Below are positions 1 through 9,825 of a DNA stretch of 64,000 nucleotides, piece by piece. Origin of the DNA: a virus (taxonomy: Duplodnaviria > Caudoviricetes); the IMG/VR virus record IMGVR_UViG_3300017716_001697, positions 128,001 through 192,000 of that record, one strand, 5' to 3'. Each line of letters starts with the position of its first letter. The first letter of the stretch is position 1. The notes below the pieces were generated by a model that saw only the letters and a list, made by a program, of their open reading frames with translations, was not told where the DNA came from and did no database searches. The position numbers were made by a program, and so were the translations under genes.

Positions 1-567
1 GAACAAACCGCTCGCGGCGAACGTTCGTACGATTTGTATTCGCGCTTGATGAAGGAACGCATTGTGTTCTTTACGGGTGAAGTCGAAACCAATATGTGCA
101 ATGTGCTTATTGCACAGTTGCTATTCCTTGAAGCTGAAAATGCAGAACAGCCAATCGGCATGTATATCAACAGCCCGGGCGGCTCTGTGTATGATGGATT
201 AGGCGTATATGATGTTATGAATTACATCAAGTGCCCCGTGCATACATATGTGACAGGCATGGCAGCAAGTATGGGCAGTTTCATTGCACAAGCTGGAGAG
301 CCTGGGCACCGTTATTTGATGCCACGTTCGATTACAATGATTCACCAACCTAGTTCCGGTACACGTGGTAAGGTGTCTGACATGGAAATTGATTTGCTTG
401 AAAGTCTACGTATCAAGAAGGAAATGACTGAATTGTATGTTCAGCATAATTCGCGTGGCACGACATTCGAAAAGTTTGCCGAACTGATGGACCGCGATAA
501 GTGGTTGACAGCACCACAGGCTCTTGAATTGGGCCTTGCTGATCACATTGTCACAAAAAGAGTGTAA
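1..567 (+). CDS. clpP: ATP-dependent Clp protease proteolytic subunit (5' end outside window)
   Basis: Frame is open from base 1 ([20 protein letters not shown]); catalytic Ser (GMAASMG), His (MIHQP) and Asp (DRD) motifs are present. Confidence 0.97.
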   Translation, partial: EQTARGERSYDLYSRLMKERIVFFTGEVETNMCNVLIAQLLFLEAENAEQPIGMYINSPGGSVYDGLGVYDVMNYIKCPVHTYVTGMAASMGSFIAQAGEPGHRYLMPRSITMIHQPSSGTRGKVSDMEIDLLESLRIKKEMTELYVQHNSRGTTFEKFAELMDRDKWLTAPQALELGLADHIVTKRV

Positions 568-579
568 TTCTGGATGGTG

Positions 580-587
580 GATAAATA
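580..587 (+). promoter_or_regulatory. T4-late-like promoter GATAAATA
   Basis: Recurrent octamer in the short intergenic gap before the ATG at 612. Confidence 0.6.
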
Positions 588-611
588 AAGTTACTATATA
601 AAGGGTAACAT

Positions 612-1340
612 ATGAATCCACCATCGAAATTTCTTCTATTGTTAGAAGCAATAAGATCTATTTTCGAATATGGGCAGAGTATTATACTAAGCCTACCATT
701 GCAGTATATATCCCCTAAAGGCGATGGTCACCCTGTCATTATTTTGCCTGGCCTTGGTGCAGCAGATCAATCCACATACTTTATTAGAAATTTCTTATCT
801 AGCTTAGGGTATGTGGTTCATCCCTGGGGACTTGGGAGAAATTTGGGACCAAGAGAAGGGCTTGATAAGCTGACGTCAGCTATGATAGCTCGCATACGTG
901 CTGTGTCAGCAGAAAATAACGGAGCAAAGGTCAGTCTCATAGGATGGAGCCTTGGTGGCATATATGCTAGAGAAATAGCAAAAGCTGCACCCGATCTTAT
1001 TAGACAGGTTATCACAATCGGCACGCCGTTTAAGGGTGCAAAAGGTGGAACTAATGCAACAATGTTATATGAAATATTAAGTAAGGATAAGAGTCACCTT
1101 GATCCTAACATTGTTGATATGATTGCTATGAAACCCGATGTACCGTTCACATCAATCTACAGTAAGACCGATGGCGTGGTAGCATGGCAATGCTCGATTG
1201 AGGAAATCAGCGATATTTCCGAAAATATAGAAATTCCAGGCGCAAGTCATCTCGGGCTTGGACATAATCCTATATCGATGCATATTATTGCTGATAGGCT
1301 TTCTCAACCAGAATCTAACTGGTCACCTTACATACATTAA
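612..1340 (+). CDS. alpha/beta-fold serine hydrolase (esterase/lipase-like)
   Basis: GWSLGG nucleophile elbow, PGLG oxyanion region, DGVV (Asp) and SHLG (His). Confidence 0.85.
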   Translation: MNPPSKFLLLLEAIRSIFEYGQSIILSLPLQYISPKGDGHPVIILPGLGAADQSTYFIRNFLSSLGYVVHPWGLGRNLGPREGLDKLTSAMIARIRAVSAENNGAKVSLIGWSLGGIYAREIAKAAPDLIRQVITIGTPFKGAKGGTNATMLYEILSKDKSHLDPNIVDMIAMKPDVPFTSIYSKTDGVVAWQCSIEEISDISENIEIPGASHLGLGHNPISMHIIADRLSQPESNWSPYIH

Positions 1341-1356
1341 AAATGTCAACATATTC

Positions 1357-1385
1357 AAACCGGGCTTGCCCGGTTTCGTTGTTTT
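1357..1385 (+). terminator. intrinsic terminator
   Basis: AAACCGGG-CTTG-CCCGGTTT 8-bp stem followed by a T-rich tract. Confidence 0.75.
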
Positions 1386-1397
1386 ATTAACCATATT

Positions 1398-1426
1398 TTG
1401 ACTTGTACATCTGTACATGCTATACT
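1398..1426 (+). promoter_or_regulatory. sigma70-type promoter
   Basis: TTGACT-N17-TATACT with extended -10 TG. Confidence 0.85.
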
Positions 1427-1450
1427 GTATATTATAACACAGGGGATTGC

Positions 1451-1678
1451 ATGGAAAAACAAGATTTATATGTACCGATGAATGAATTAATAAGAGATAA
1501 AGAAACATCCTGGACATTTACAAATATAAATCTTCCATATTACGAAATTGCTAAACGTGGTATTGTTATGTGGTGTGTAGGAAATCTAGAAGGTCGTTGG
1601 ACCATGTTAGGTGGAAATAAATTCGGGTTCGAGGATGGTGCAGATGCAACTATCTTTCGTATGCAGTTTGGTTGGTAA
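1451..1678 (+). CDS. small protein, FxxxxDAxxFxLxW family
   Basis: Ends FGFEDGADATIFRMQFGW; ATG at 1451 after a GGGG/AGG RBS-like site. Confidence 0.7.
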   Translation: MEKQDLYVPMNELIRDKETSWTFTNINLPYYEIAKRGIVMWCVGNLEGRWTMLGGNKFGFEDGADATIFRMQFGW

Positions 1679-1691
1679 CAAAGGAAATATC

Positions 1692-1877
1692 ATGACAGAT
1701 AATGCAATTAAATTTAAAGATAAACTTCTAATTATTAAGAATGCTGATCTTGTTGATGCAAGAATTCTTGATACTAATTATGCACGACTAATTATTGCAG
1801 CAGTTAGTCACGACGAAAAGGAAAAGTTTCTTATCTTGCGCAAGAATACACAAGATAGGATTAAGGAACTATCCTAA
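1692..1877 (+). CDS. hypothetical protein
   Basis: AAGGA RBS; tightly packed in the operon. Confidence 0.6.
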   Translation: MTDNAIKFKDKLLIIKNADLVDARILDTNYARLIIAAVSHDEKEKFLILRKNTQDRIKELS

Positions 1878-2146
1878 TGCGAACCCCGCAGTACGACAGA
1901 GGTTTCATGGGACCGTATGGTGAGGTAACAGATGTAGCCGATTGCAGGTCAACCTCATATAGACGCATATACAGTGAAATGGTTGAGGTTGACCTCCGAT
2001 TTCGCGATCAGGTAACGTTCCGGCAGTTTAAAGAAGACCTATGGGCTGGCCGCAAGGCTAACGCAGAAGAATATATTCGAGAAAATAACCCAGCAGTTAA
2101 ACGAGCATGGGAAGAATACCAAATACTATTAAAACTATTAAAATAA
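1877..2146 (+). CDS. hypothetical protein (C-terminal NPAVxxAWxEY..KL motif)
   Basis: Start overlaps the previous stop; motif shared with 42425 and 57195. Confidence 0.7.
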   Translation: MRTPQYDRGFMGPYGEVTDVADCRSTSYRRIYSEMVEVDLRFRDQVTFRQFKEDLWAGRKANAEEYIRENNPAVKRAWEEYQILLKLLK

Positions 2147-3304
2147 ATGCTCAATATTTCAAAGAAAATTTACGTAGGGTGGGATGCAAAGGCAGTATAC
2201 AGTGATGTCCCTGAAGCAGAAATTGTACCCATTGGCGAGACAGCAGGCGAGAAGAGAAAAATAACAGGATTCGAGTCAAGGCATACTGCCTTACACGAAT
2301 ACGATAATTTGCCATTACCCGGATTCACACTCATTGATGTTAACAAGAAAAGCTATTCTGCACCAGATTCGTCGTGGCTTATTATAGACCCACGAGGATT
2401 CAAAGCTAGGATTAGCACAGCGAATTTATTCGAAATATTAAAGGTGACCGGCATCACTGAAGGGCTCGTGCAGCAAAAGTGTGTATGGGCTAGAGAGGAT
2501 GCTAAAACCTCAATGACATTGATACCTGTATCTGCTGATAAATTTACAGAAGCAGTTGATAACACAGAGCTTATTGAATCTAAGATAGATATGAGCGAAG
2601 TTAACATCGGTGATACAGTATTATTGCAGAATAAGAAACAAGGTGTGTATAAAGGTACACTCTCATTGTATTGTTCGATGCAAGAAAATTCATCCGGGAT
2701 TTCTAAACCGCAGTCTATGTTGCGTAGACAAATTATAGAAATTACACCTAACAAATATTATTATCATGCTGATGCTAAGATTTTAAAGGTGGTGAAGAAA
2801 TCAACGACAACAATAACTCCTGTCGAATCTGCGGCCGAACTGAACACAAGCATTAAAGATGGCTCAGCATTCTTTTCTTGCTACGACCGCATGGGTACTG
2901 CTTATTATGGAAGCCACGGTCGCGTCAGACTTGTATCAGCAAGTGCTGTAGCAAAAGTCAAAGTTCAGTTAGAAGAAATAGATATCGTAGAAGCAGAAAA
3001 ATTACTATCCGAATGTATTTCTTTCACAGATGCCGGGTGTCTAGTTGTGGAATTTGGTACAGGTGTGAAGAACATCATAAACTTTCCGTACTCAGCTAGA
3101 ACAAATCCTAATATACTTAATTCGTTTGAGGTTGAGAAGATTACATCAGTCGACGACCATAGTCTTACTATCGAGGTGCCAGTTCGTCAGTCATATTATG
3201 CTAGTTATAACTATAATAGCCAAACCAAAACTACTTACACACTTGACAAATTTGCGAAATTCTATAAAATAGTAAAATGTGTTAAGACTGACACATATAT
3301 TTAA
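2147..3304 (+). CDS. phage hypothetical protein (385 aa)
   Basis: Long ORF coupled to both neighbours; no motif recognised. Confidence 0.75.
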   Translation: MLNISKKIYVGWDAKAVYSDVPEAEIVPIGETAGEKRKITGFESRHTALHEYDNLPLPGFTLIDVNKKSYSAPDSSWLIIDPRGFKARISTANLFEILKVTGITEGLVQQKCVWAREDAKTSMTLIPVSADKFTEAVDNTELIESKIDMSEVNIGDTVLLQNKKQGVYKGTLSLYCSMQENSSGISKPQSMLRRQIIEITPNKYYYHADAKILKVVKKSTTTITPVESAAELNTSIKDGSAFFSCYDRMGTAYYGSHGRVRLVSASAVAKVKVQLEEIDIVEAEKLLSECISFTDAGCLVVEFGTGVKNIINFPYSARTNPNILNSFEVEKITSVDDHSLTIEVPVRQSYYASYNYNSQTKTTYTLDKFAKFYKIVKCVKTDTYI

Positions 3305-3312
3305 GGAATAGA

Positions 3313-3666
3313 ATGGAAGCAAAAAAATACGTAGAATTATCGGACAGAACATGTAAGCATATCGGCGAAGACGGCTTAGTTGTAGCGCCTGCACAATATG
3401 ATTTGATTCATGCTGCATTTGGCATTGCGGGCGAGTCGGGCGAGATTGTTGATGCGGTTAAGAAGCATGTATTTTACGGTAAGCCACTTGATGTCGCGAA
3501 TTTGCGTGAAGAAGTAGGTGATGTTATGTGGTACATTGCGTTAATGTGCCGTACATTGGGTGTTACTCTGGAAGAATTAATGCAAGAAAATATCAATAAG
3601 TTGACAGCACGCTATCCAGAAAAGTATTCGGACGAATTAGCTATCACACGCTTAGATAAGCAGTAA
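3313..3666 (+). CDS. MazG-like nucleotide pyrophosphohydrolase
   Basis: GIAGESGEIVD...EEVGDVMWY...NINKLTARYP all-alpha NTP-PPase signature. Confidence 0.9.
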   Translation: MEAKKYVELSDRTCKHIGEDGLVVAPAQYDLIHAAFGIAGESGEIVDAVKKHVFYGKPLDVANLREEVGDVMWYIALMCRTLGVTLEELMQENINKLTARYPEKYSDELAITRLDKQ

Positions 3667-3681
3667 ATATAGGGCCCGGCA

Positions 3682-3951
3682 GTGTATATAAGTTATTGGA
3701 AATATAGCGATGGTTGGCAAGAAGATTACGACATAGAGATTAAATCTCATGTACGCAGTTTTGAACCAACACGAATTGGGTGGACCTGCTGGGCTTACCC
3801 CGATGATCCTTATGGATTCGAAAGATGGATGCATGACAACATGACCGGGCCTTATAATTGTACACGCAGATTTAACAGCGGTAATCCAATGAACACAGTG
3901 TGGATAGCTACTGATCAGGATGCTACGTTGTTTAAACTTACATGGATGTAG
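3682..3951 (+). CDS. small protein, FxxxxDAxxFxLxW family
   Basis: Ends ATDQDATLFKLTWM. Confidence 0.7.
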   Translation: MYISYWKYSDGWQEDYDIEIKSHVRSFEPTRIGWTCWAYPDDPYGFERWMHDNMTGPYNCTRRFNSGNPMNTVWIATDQDATLFKLTWM

Positions 3952-3952
3952 T

Positions 3953-4150
3953 ATGCGACACTTGAAACGTGATACATGGCCGTATCAGATAATGATACGT
4001 AATGAAGTTGTTACCGATATATGTGATTGGTGCAGACAGTGTGCCGGTACACAAATGAAAGAATGGGTATGGTTTACTCGATACGACGATGCTGTATTTG
4101 CATTCAAGGACGAGTCTACTTATATAATGTTTAAATTAAGGTGGAAATAA
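3953..4150 (+). CDS. small protein, FxxxxDAxxFxLxW family
   Basis: Ends FAFKDESTYIMFKLRWK. Confidence 0.7.
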   Translation: MRHLKRDTWPYQIMIRNEVVTDICDWCRQCAGTQMKEWVWFTRYDDAVFAFKDESTYIMFKLRWK

Positions 4151-4151
4151 T

Positions 4152-4481
4152 ATGGGATATTTTAAAAGAACTATGAGATCGTTTATTAGGTGGTGTGTGG
4201 ATGATTCTGAAAGAATAGTTAGAGAAGAACCATCTAAGGCATATTATGCAAACAACGGTACAGGAATAAAGGCACTTGCAGGTTCTCATAATAACGTAGG
4301 CGATGGTATGAATGGGTTAAACTTTACAGTTTTCAGTGCAACAGGTGGTAAGGTAATCCAATTAAGAACATATAATCATCACAACGATACAGGTAGAACA
4401 TCTTTATACATCATTACTGATAAGGATGATTTCGGCGAAGAATTAGGAATGATTATCACAAGGGAATCATTATCGCAATGA
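4152..4481 (+). CDS. hypothetical protein
   Basis: ORF coupled to neighbours. Confidence 0.7.
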   Translation: MGYFKRTMRSFIRWCVDDSERIVREEPSKAYYANNGTGIKALAGSHNNVGDGMNGLNFTVFSATGGKVIQLRTYNHHNDTGRTSLYIITDKDDFGEELGMIITRESLSQ

Positions 4482-4687
4482 GCGTCATAGACGACATAAT
4501 TGATCAACATAGATTTGAATTTGCTGATACAATAACGTTGTTAGCAATTCAAAACTCAATAAGATACCACTGCCCCGGCGAATATGCATTACAGTGTTCC
4601 TTTGGTCCGCCTAATAACACTCTTAATGTATACATCACTTTCTTACACCCCGAAGACGCAGTAGTATTTAAATTAAAGTATCAATAA
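4478..4687 (+). CDS. small protein, FxxxxDAxxFxLxW family
   Basis: Ends ITFLHPEDAVVFKLKYQ. Confidence 0.7.
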   Translation: MSVIDDIIDQHRFEFADTITLLAIQNSIRYHCPGEYALQCSFGPPNNTLNVYITFLHPEDAVVFKLKYQ

Positions 4688-4688
4688 T

Positions 4689-5171
4689 ATGGATGTAACA
4701 AATAATAAATGGGCAGGCAGAATTTTAAAGATGGCAATCGAAGTTGCATCGTGGTCCAAAGATGAATCTACCAAAGTCGGTGCAGTTATAACTACTGCCG
4801 AAGGAGCACCGGTATCATGGGGATTCAATGGCATGCCTATGGGCATAGATGATACAATTCCAGAGAGACACGAACGACCACTCAAATATAAGTGGTTCTG
4901 CCATGCAGAGCGCAATGCATTAGATCTGGCACCACGCGATGTTAGCGGATGCGTGATGTTTGTTACATTTTCTCCATGTACAAACTGTGCTCAATCAATT
5001 ATTCAGCGTGGTATTAAGACAGTTGTAATCGATGCAAATTACACTGCCGACAAATCACCAGAAAGATGGCAAGAGGATATGTTTGTAGCATTGGAGATGA
5101 TGAAAGAGGCAGGTATAGACGTGCGCGGAGCATATCCACACGCACCGATTGATCTAGACAAGATGTTGTAG
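4689..5171 (+). CDS. dCMP deaminase
   Basis: Zn-deaminase motifs CHAERNA and SPCTNC; SKDESTKVGAVI. Confidence 0.93.
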   Translation: MDVTNNKWAGRILKMAIEVASWSKDESTKVGAVITTAEGAPVSWGFNGMPMGIDDTIPERHERPLKYKWFCHAERNALDLAPRDVSGCVMFVTFSPCTNCAQSIIQRGIKTVVIDANYTADKSPERWQEDMFVALEMMKEAGIDVRGAYPHAPIDLDKML

Positions 5172-5177
5172 TATAAT
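5149..5177 (+). promoter_or_regulatory. sigma70-type promoter
   Basis: TTGATC-N17-TATAAT. Confidence 0.65.
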
Positions 5178-5205
5178 TTAATAAACAAACTTTAGAAAGC
5201 GTAAT

Positions 5206-5469
5206 ATGAGTAAGCAAGAAACAAAAACTCTTCCAGTTAATCTTAAAGAGCAAAATGCATCCCATACCTTCCGTGTTGTGATTCGTGACCGCGAACACTT
5301 CTATAAGCTCGTAAAATGGCTGAACGAAAACGTGGGCAAGGGTGCTGATAAATGGACAATGGAGGGCCGCGTGCTGAAGCGGCTGAAGACTGGGACAGTG
5401 AATCCTAACATCTACATTTTCCCGCAAGATTTTGATCCAGCATCGGCTCTGTACCTTAGCCTAATTTGA
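5206..5469 (+). CDS. hypothetical protein
   Basis: First ORF after the promoter. Confidence 0.65.
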   Translation: MSKQETKTLPVNLKEQNASHTFRVVIRDREHFYKLVKWLNENVGKGADKWTMEGRVLKRLKTGTVNPNIYIFPQDFDPASALYLSLI

Positions 5470-5756
5470 TGTTCAAACCTGGCATTCTTGTATCCACTGA
5501 TGGGATGATTCTTGCAATCAAATACATCGAGGGTATAGAAGCGACCAAAGATGAAGCAGATGTTATCATAGACAAATTGTCAGATGACATCTGCTTCACT
5601 GTTATTATGGTTTCCGGTAAGACATATGCAGTCTCGACAAAATATCAGATGACAGTGTTTAAGAAGCAAGGCACACCTGCCACTGTTTCAGCAACACACG
5701 AAGAGATATTAGAAAAATGGGTGTATATGGTCAGTAGCACTAATATAACGTCTTGA
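5466..5756 (+). CDS. hypothetical protein (EADxIIDKL motif)
   Basis: ATGA overlap; KDEADVIIDKL matches the motif in 38783-39571. Confidence 0.65.
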   Translation: MMFKPGILVSTDGMILAIKYIEGIEATKDEADVIIDKLSDDICFTVIMVSGKTYAVSTKYQMTVFKKQGTPATVSATHEEILEKWVYMVSSTNITS

Positions 5757-5774
5757 TTTATTTACGGAGAACAA

Positions 5775-6017
5775 ATGAAACAACTAGGTCACGAAATTGT
5801 AGGTGATATTATTAAGGTTGACAGTTACACCAGCGACTGGGCTCAAGTGAGATTAAACCCGGGCGTGTTCTATCGTAGATACGAACAATTTATCAAGGGG
5901 TATAACTCAGTGAAAGGTTTGTACGTTGAGCTAGACATGGGTCAATTCATATCAATCCGTTTCTCCGATAAGAATGATGTGACAACATTTCACAGATTAC
6001 ATCACGAGTACATATGA
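5775..6017 (+). CDS. small protein, divergent FxxxxD..F family member
   Basis: GGAG RBS; IRFSDKNDVTTFHRL. Confidence 0.65.
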   Translation: MKQLGHEIVGDIIKVDSYTSDWAQVRLNPGVFYRRYEQFIKGYNSVKGLYVELDMGQFISIRFSDKNDVTTFHRLHHEYI

Positions 6018-6403
6018 AACAAAAGATGCATTTCGCATCCAAAATGTTTATATCTAACCCTTATGTTGTGCGAGTGGAGTACATGAAGGGCACCGGTGCA
6101 GACATGGATATAACAGAATTTCGCAAGATACTTAAAAAAGAACGATCGCTGATGCAAGCAACATGGGGTTACACTGATCCCGTATGGGAGAAGGTTTCGG
6201 TTAACGAAGAATCAAATCCAGTTGTTGTAGGTGCCAATTTTACATGGTATGTGCCCGAATTGTATCTCAGGTCATACTGGGTATTCTCAGACGACATGGA
6301 TGCATTACACTTTAGATTATCAGTGGGCGAAACAGCTAAACAGATGCACATTTGGCCCAAGAATTATAAATTCACGATGATCGAATTTATTGATGAGTTA
6401 TGA
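6014..6403 (+). CDS. hypothetical protein with FxxxxDAxxFxL motif
   Basis: VFSDDMDALHFRLSV; overlaps neighbours. Confidence 0.65.
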   Translation: MKQKMHFASKMFISNPYVVRVEYMKGTGADMDITEFRKILKKERSLMQATWGYTDPVWEKVSVNEESNPVVVGANFTWYVPELYLRSYWVFSDDMDALHFRLSVGETAKQMHIWPKNYKFTMIEFIDEL

Positions 6404-6641
6404 TATAAATTTGGCAAGAAACTGGCCACGCATTACCAGATATTATTACGATGTACTGTATGGTGATGGGCAGGAGCAGGATAGATCGATATGGGAATGG
6501 TTAGAAGAAGATTTCGGTGCACATCGTGTATACACACCACGCAAAGACGGCATAGGTGTTGTAGCCACAGCATTAAGATTCAGCACCACATCCGACATGA
6601 CTGCGTTCACATTAAAGTTCGGTAATCTACTGCGCTTATAA
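6390..6641 (+). CDS. small protein, FxxxxDAxxFxLxW family
   Basis: LRFSTTSDMTAFTLKFG. Confidence 0.65.
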   Translation: MMSYDINLARNWPRITRYYYDVLYGDGQEQDRSIWEWLEEDFGAHRVYTPRKDGIGVVATALRFSTTSDMTAFTLKFGNLLRL

Positions 6642-6644
6642 ATA
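6637..6644 (+). promoter_or_regulatory. T4-late-like promoter TATAAATA
   Basis: Exact T4 late consensus, 5 nt before the ATG at 6650. Confidence 0.6.
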
Positions 6645-6649
6645 TAGCT

Positions 6650-6919
6650 ATGCATCCATTTTTAAACGTACAAAAACTAACAGACGAAGAAATCATAGAA
6701 CGGTTGGGCAAGGCCTATACCTATATGAATGCTCATGTTGCGCTGGGCCATAATAGCACCGTGCAGAGCATAAAAGAAGTAATTCAGGATTTAGAAAACG
6801 AACGAAACGAACGAATGAGTAAACACATGGATCAAGAATATAAGAAAAAATATCCCGATGCTAATGCCCCACTCGAGATTGGAAAATTAGAAGAAATTAT
6901 AAGGAAGTCAATCGTATGA
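6650..6919 (+). CDS. hypothetical coiled-coil protein
   Basis: ORF; helical composition. Confidence 0.7.
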   Translation: MHPFLNVQKLTDEEIIERLGKAYTYMNAHVALGHNSTVQSIKEVIQDLENERNERMSKHMDQEYKKKYPDANAPLEIGKLEEIIRKSIV

Positions 6920-7629
6920 TGATAATCGGGAAACATCGTATTAAGAATCATATGACCATGGAATATGATTTTACGGGTATTCGAATTTTAAGTGGATGTC
7001 TGATACCTGTAGATTGGCACATTTCTGTTGATCTTGCTGCTTACGAAAAGAAAGGTAAATCCATTGAAGAGAATGAGTTTGATGCGACATTAGCATATCA
7101 AAAGATCTTCTTCTGGCTAGAAACAAATTTACCTAATGTTGCGATGGTCGATGTGAGCAATGAGGATGATCTCTACATTGCTAACTTATCAGCAAACATT
7201 ATGCTGTATTGTCCTACCGAACCGCACGACGATCTTATTGCGCAACTATTACATTCTAAAATTGCTACACTGGCTAGCGACAATTTGTTGCTTGGTTCCG
7301 TGCGAATTAAGGCAAGTGATGTTACAGTACAATATACATTTGACGCATCTGATGCAGGATATAATCTACCAGTAGAAACTGCCGAATATTACACATCGAG
7401 TAAAGTCCGTGATGAAATTCCGTGGTGGATGCGACCAGATGGATTTAGCTTCGAATTTATTAGGCCTGACGACAATGAGCTTAGTGACGAAGAGTTATAC
7501 AAAGATGTTATTGATCCATTAGATGGATTTGAAAGTGCAATGAAGGAAATGTCTGATAGGTTTATGGGTGCCACTCGTGAGCCAGCCCGCATTGTACAAG
7601 TTGAAAAGTGGAAACCTAAGAAAGTTTAA
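6916..7629 (+). CDS. phage hypothetical protein
   Basis: 237-aa ORF with ATGA overlap. Confidence 0.75.
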   Translation: MMIIGKHRIKNHMTMEYDFTGIRILSGCLIPVDWHISVDLAAYEKKGKSIEENEFDATLAYQKIFFWLETNLPNVAMVDVSNEDDLYIANLSANIMLYCPTEPHDDLIAQLLHSKIATLASDNLLLGSVRIKASDVTVQYTFDASDAGYNLPVETAEYYTSSKVRDEIPWWMRPDGFSFEFIRPDDNELSDEELYKDVIDPLDGFESAMKEMSDRFMGATREPARIVQVEKWKPKKV

Positions 7630-7631
7630 TA

Positions 7632-8147
7632 ATGAAGGTTAATATGTACGGACAGGCTATTCTGTCTAGTAATAATCTTAGAGAATTATTGTTGCAAGGG
7701 AAGAATATAGGTCATCTGAACGTAATAGAGGATGACGATATTCTGTTGTATAAGCAATTTCAAGACGAGTTGTTAAGGTACAATAATGTATTCCTAGATG
7801 CACCAGACGAATCACTATCGTTTGATGATTTTCATCTAGAGAGGTCAGATGAATGGCTCTTCCCTGTAGAATATCAACAAATCGATGTTCATAAATGGTT
7901 ACTTGCTAAATGCAAGACACAGATCGAGATAGACAGGGTAAATGAAGAAATTGCACTGTACATCGAACGTGATTTATTAATGTTGCTAAGGTTGTTTATT
8001 TTCTTAGTAAGTTATATGAGAGAAAACAAATTTATATGGGGTGTAGGTAGGGGCAGTAGTGTTTCATCTTACGTTCTATATCTTATCGGCGTTCACCGTG
8101 TCGACAGCTTAAAATACGGTTTTGATATTAAGGATTATTTAAAATGA
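7632..8147 (+). CDS. DNA polymerase III alpha (DnaE)-like fragment
   Basis: WGVGRGSSVSSYVLYLIGVHRVDSLKY matches the DnaE/PolC G-x-GRGS-x-x-x-SLV-x-Y-x-LGIT-x-VDP region; ends before the catalytic PDxD. Confidence 0.8.
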   Translation: MKVNMYGQAILSSNNLRELLLQGKNIGHLNVIEDDDILLYKQFQDELLRYNNVFLDAPDESLSFDDFHLERSDEWLFPVEYQQIDVHKWLLAKCKTQIEIDRVNEEIALYIERDLLMLLRLFIFLVSYMRENKFIWGVGRGSSVSSYVLYLIGVHRVDSLKYGFDIKDYLK

Positions 8148-8509
8148 GTAGACATACAAGCTATAGAGGTACAACCATTGATATGGACACAATGCGTCGT
8201 GAAAACGAAAAGGTAGTAGCATTGGGTAATATGCGAGTAAATGCCAAAGGTGATCAGCTAGGCAAGAATGGCACAATCACAAAGACAGCAGATCAGATTG
8301 CTAGGGAAAATCACCGTATCCCACAATCAATTGCACACACAGGTCTTAAGGGCCCGCTCAACGAAACTGGATTATCTGCTGAAGTCCCAAAGCCGACCGC
8401 AACAGCGACAACATCTGTTCCCGTGAAGCCTACAGCAAGAAAAACAAAAGAGACAGAATTGCCAAGTGGTGACATCATTGTTGAAGATGATGGAAGCAAC
8501 GATATCTAA
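8144..8509 (+). CDS. hypothetical protein
   Basis: ORF with a low-complexity C-terminus. Confidence 0.7.
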   Translation: MSRHTSYRGTTIDMDTMRRENEKVVALGNMRVNAKGDQLGKNGTITKTADQIARENHRIPQSIAHTGLKGPLNETGLSAEVPKPTATATTSVPVKPTARKTKETELPSGDIIVEDDGSNDI

Positions 8510-8521
8510 ATAAGGAAATAT

Positions 8522-8872
8522 ATGCAAGTTAAAGCAATGCCGGGTAAGGTACTGGTAACAGACCTAGAGCGGGGATCAAGAGTGATCGGCGGAATTATCT
8601 TGCCCGATGATAATGGTAAGAGCGAAGGCATCAGACCGCGGTGGGGTAAGGTATTCTCCGTAGGCGAAGGTGTGACAGAAATTACACCCGGCCAGTGGAT
8701 TCTTATCGAAAACGGCCGGTGGACACGCATGCTTAAGGTTAAACAAGAAGACAGCACTTATATTCAACTGTGGGGTGTGGAATGGCCGCAATCAGCTATG
8801 CTTGTATCCGATAATGACCCCGACGACGAAGTAAGAATTATGTCAGTGTTTTCTACAACTACTGCATTCTAA
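8522..8872 (+). CDS. groES: GroES-like co-chaperonin
   Basis: KAMPGKVLV...GGIILPD...GKVFSVGEG...GQWIL. Confidence 0.88.
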   Translation: MQVKAMPGKVLVTDLERGSRVIGGIILPDDNGKSEGIRPRWGKVFSVGEGVTEITPGQWILIENGRWTRMLKVKQEDSTYIQLWGVEWPQSAMLVSDNDPDDEVRIMSVFSTTTAF

Positions 8873-8883
8873 GAAAGACATAC

Positions 8884-9825
8884 ATGAAATATCTGTGGAC
8901 AGAGACATATCGCCCAAAGGGTCTAGACGGATACGTCTTTAAAGACCAAAAACAAAAATCGCAGATCGAAAAATGGATTAAGCAAGGTGCATTACCGCAC
9001 ATGCTCTTATCGGGCGCGCCTGGTACTGGCAAATCCACTTTGATAAAAGTGTTGTTACACGAACTTAATGTAGACCCATTTGACATCTTAGAAGTCAACG
9101 CTTCTAAAGACAACGGTGTAGATTTCATTAGGGATACTATTACACGATTCTCCGAAACGATGGGGTATGGTGATATGCGTTATATCTTCTTGGATGAGGC
9201 AGACGGATTATCTCCAGCTGCACAAGGTGTGCTACGTGGTACAATGGAGAAATACGCCAGTTCTGTTCGATTCTTGCTGACTTGCAATTATCCGCATAAG
9301 GTAATACAGGCAATTAAGTCTCGATGCGAAACTGGGAGAATGCACATTGAAAAGCTGGACACCAGCGAGTTCTTCATGAGATTGGTTGATGTGCTAGATA
9401 AAGAAAAAGTCGAAATTGATCCGGACGCGCTGGAGGCAATTGTTAAAGAAACCTACCCTGACCTACGTCGCGGAATTAGCATGATACAAGCTAATTCGTT
9501 TGATGGCAAATTGCAATCGCCGGACAAAGGTACTGAAGTGGTTGCTGATTATAAATTGGACATGATTGCATTATTCAGATCTAAAAAGTATACTGAGGCA
9601 CGCAAACTTATTTGCACACAAGTACAGCAAGAAGAATACGAAGACATGTACAGGTTCATGTATCAGAATGTTGATGTATGGGCAGATGGTGATGTCAATA
9701 AAGAAGATAGGGCTATTCTTGTTATTAGAGACGGACTTGTTAAGGATGTGTCTTGTGCTGATAGAGAAATTTGTCTTAGTGCGACACTTATTGAATTAGA
9801 AATGGTAGCTAAAGGAACATATTAA
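8884..9825 (+). CDS. clamp loader AAA+ subunit (RFC/gp44-like)
   Basis: WTETYRP, Walker A GAPGTGKS, Walker B FLDEAD, SRC motif. Confidence 0.93.
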   Translation: MKYLWTETYRPKGLDGYVFKDQKQKSQIEKWIKQGALPHMLLSGAPGTGKSTLIKVLLHELNVDPFDILEVNASKDNGVDFIRDTITRFSETMGYGDMRYIFLDEADGLSPAAQGVLRGTMEKYASSVRFLLTCNYPHKVIQAIKSRCETGRMHIEKLDTSEFFMRLVDVLDKEKVEIDPDALEAIVKETYPDLRRGISMIQANSFDGKLQSPDKGTEVVADYKLDMIALFRSKKYTEARKLICTQVQQEEYEDMYRFMYQNVDVWADGDVNKEDRAILVIRDGLVKDVSCADREICLSATLIELEMVAKGTY

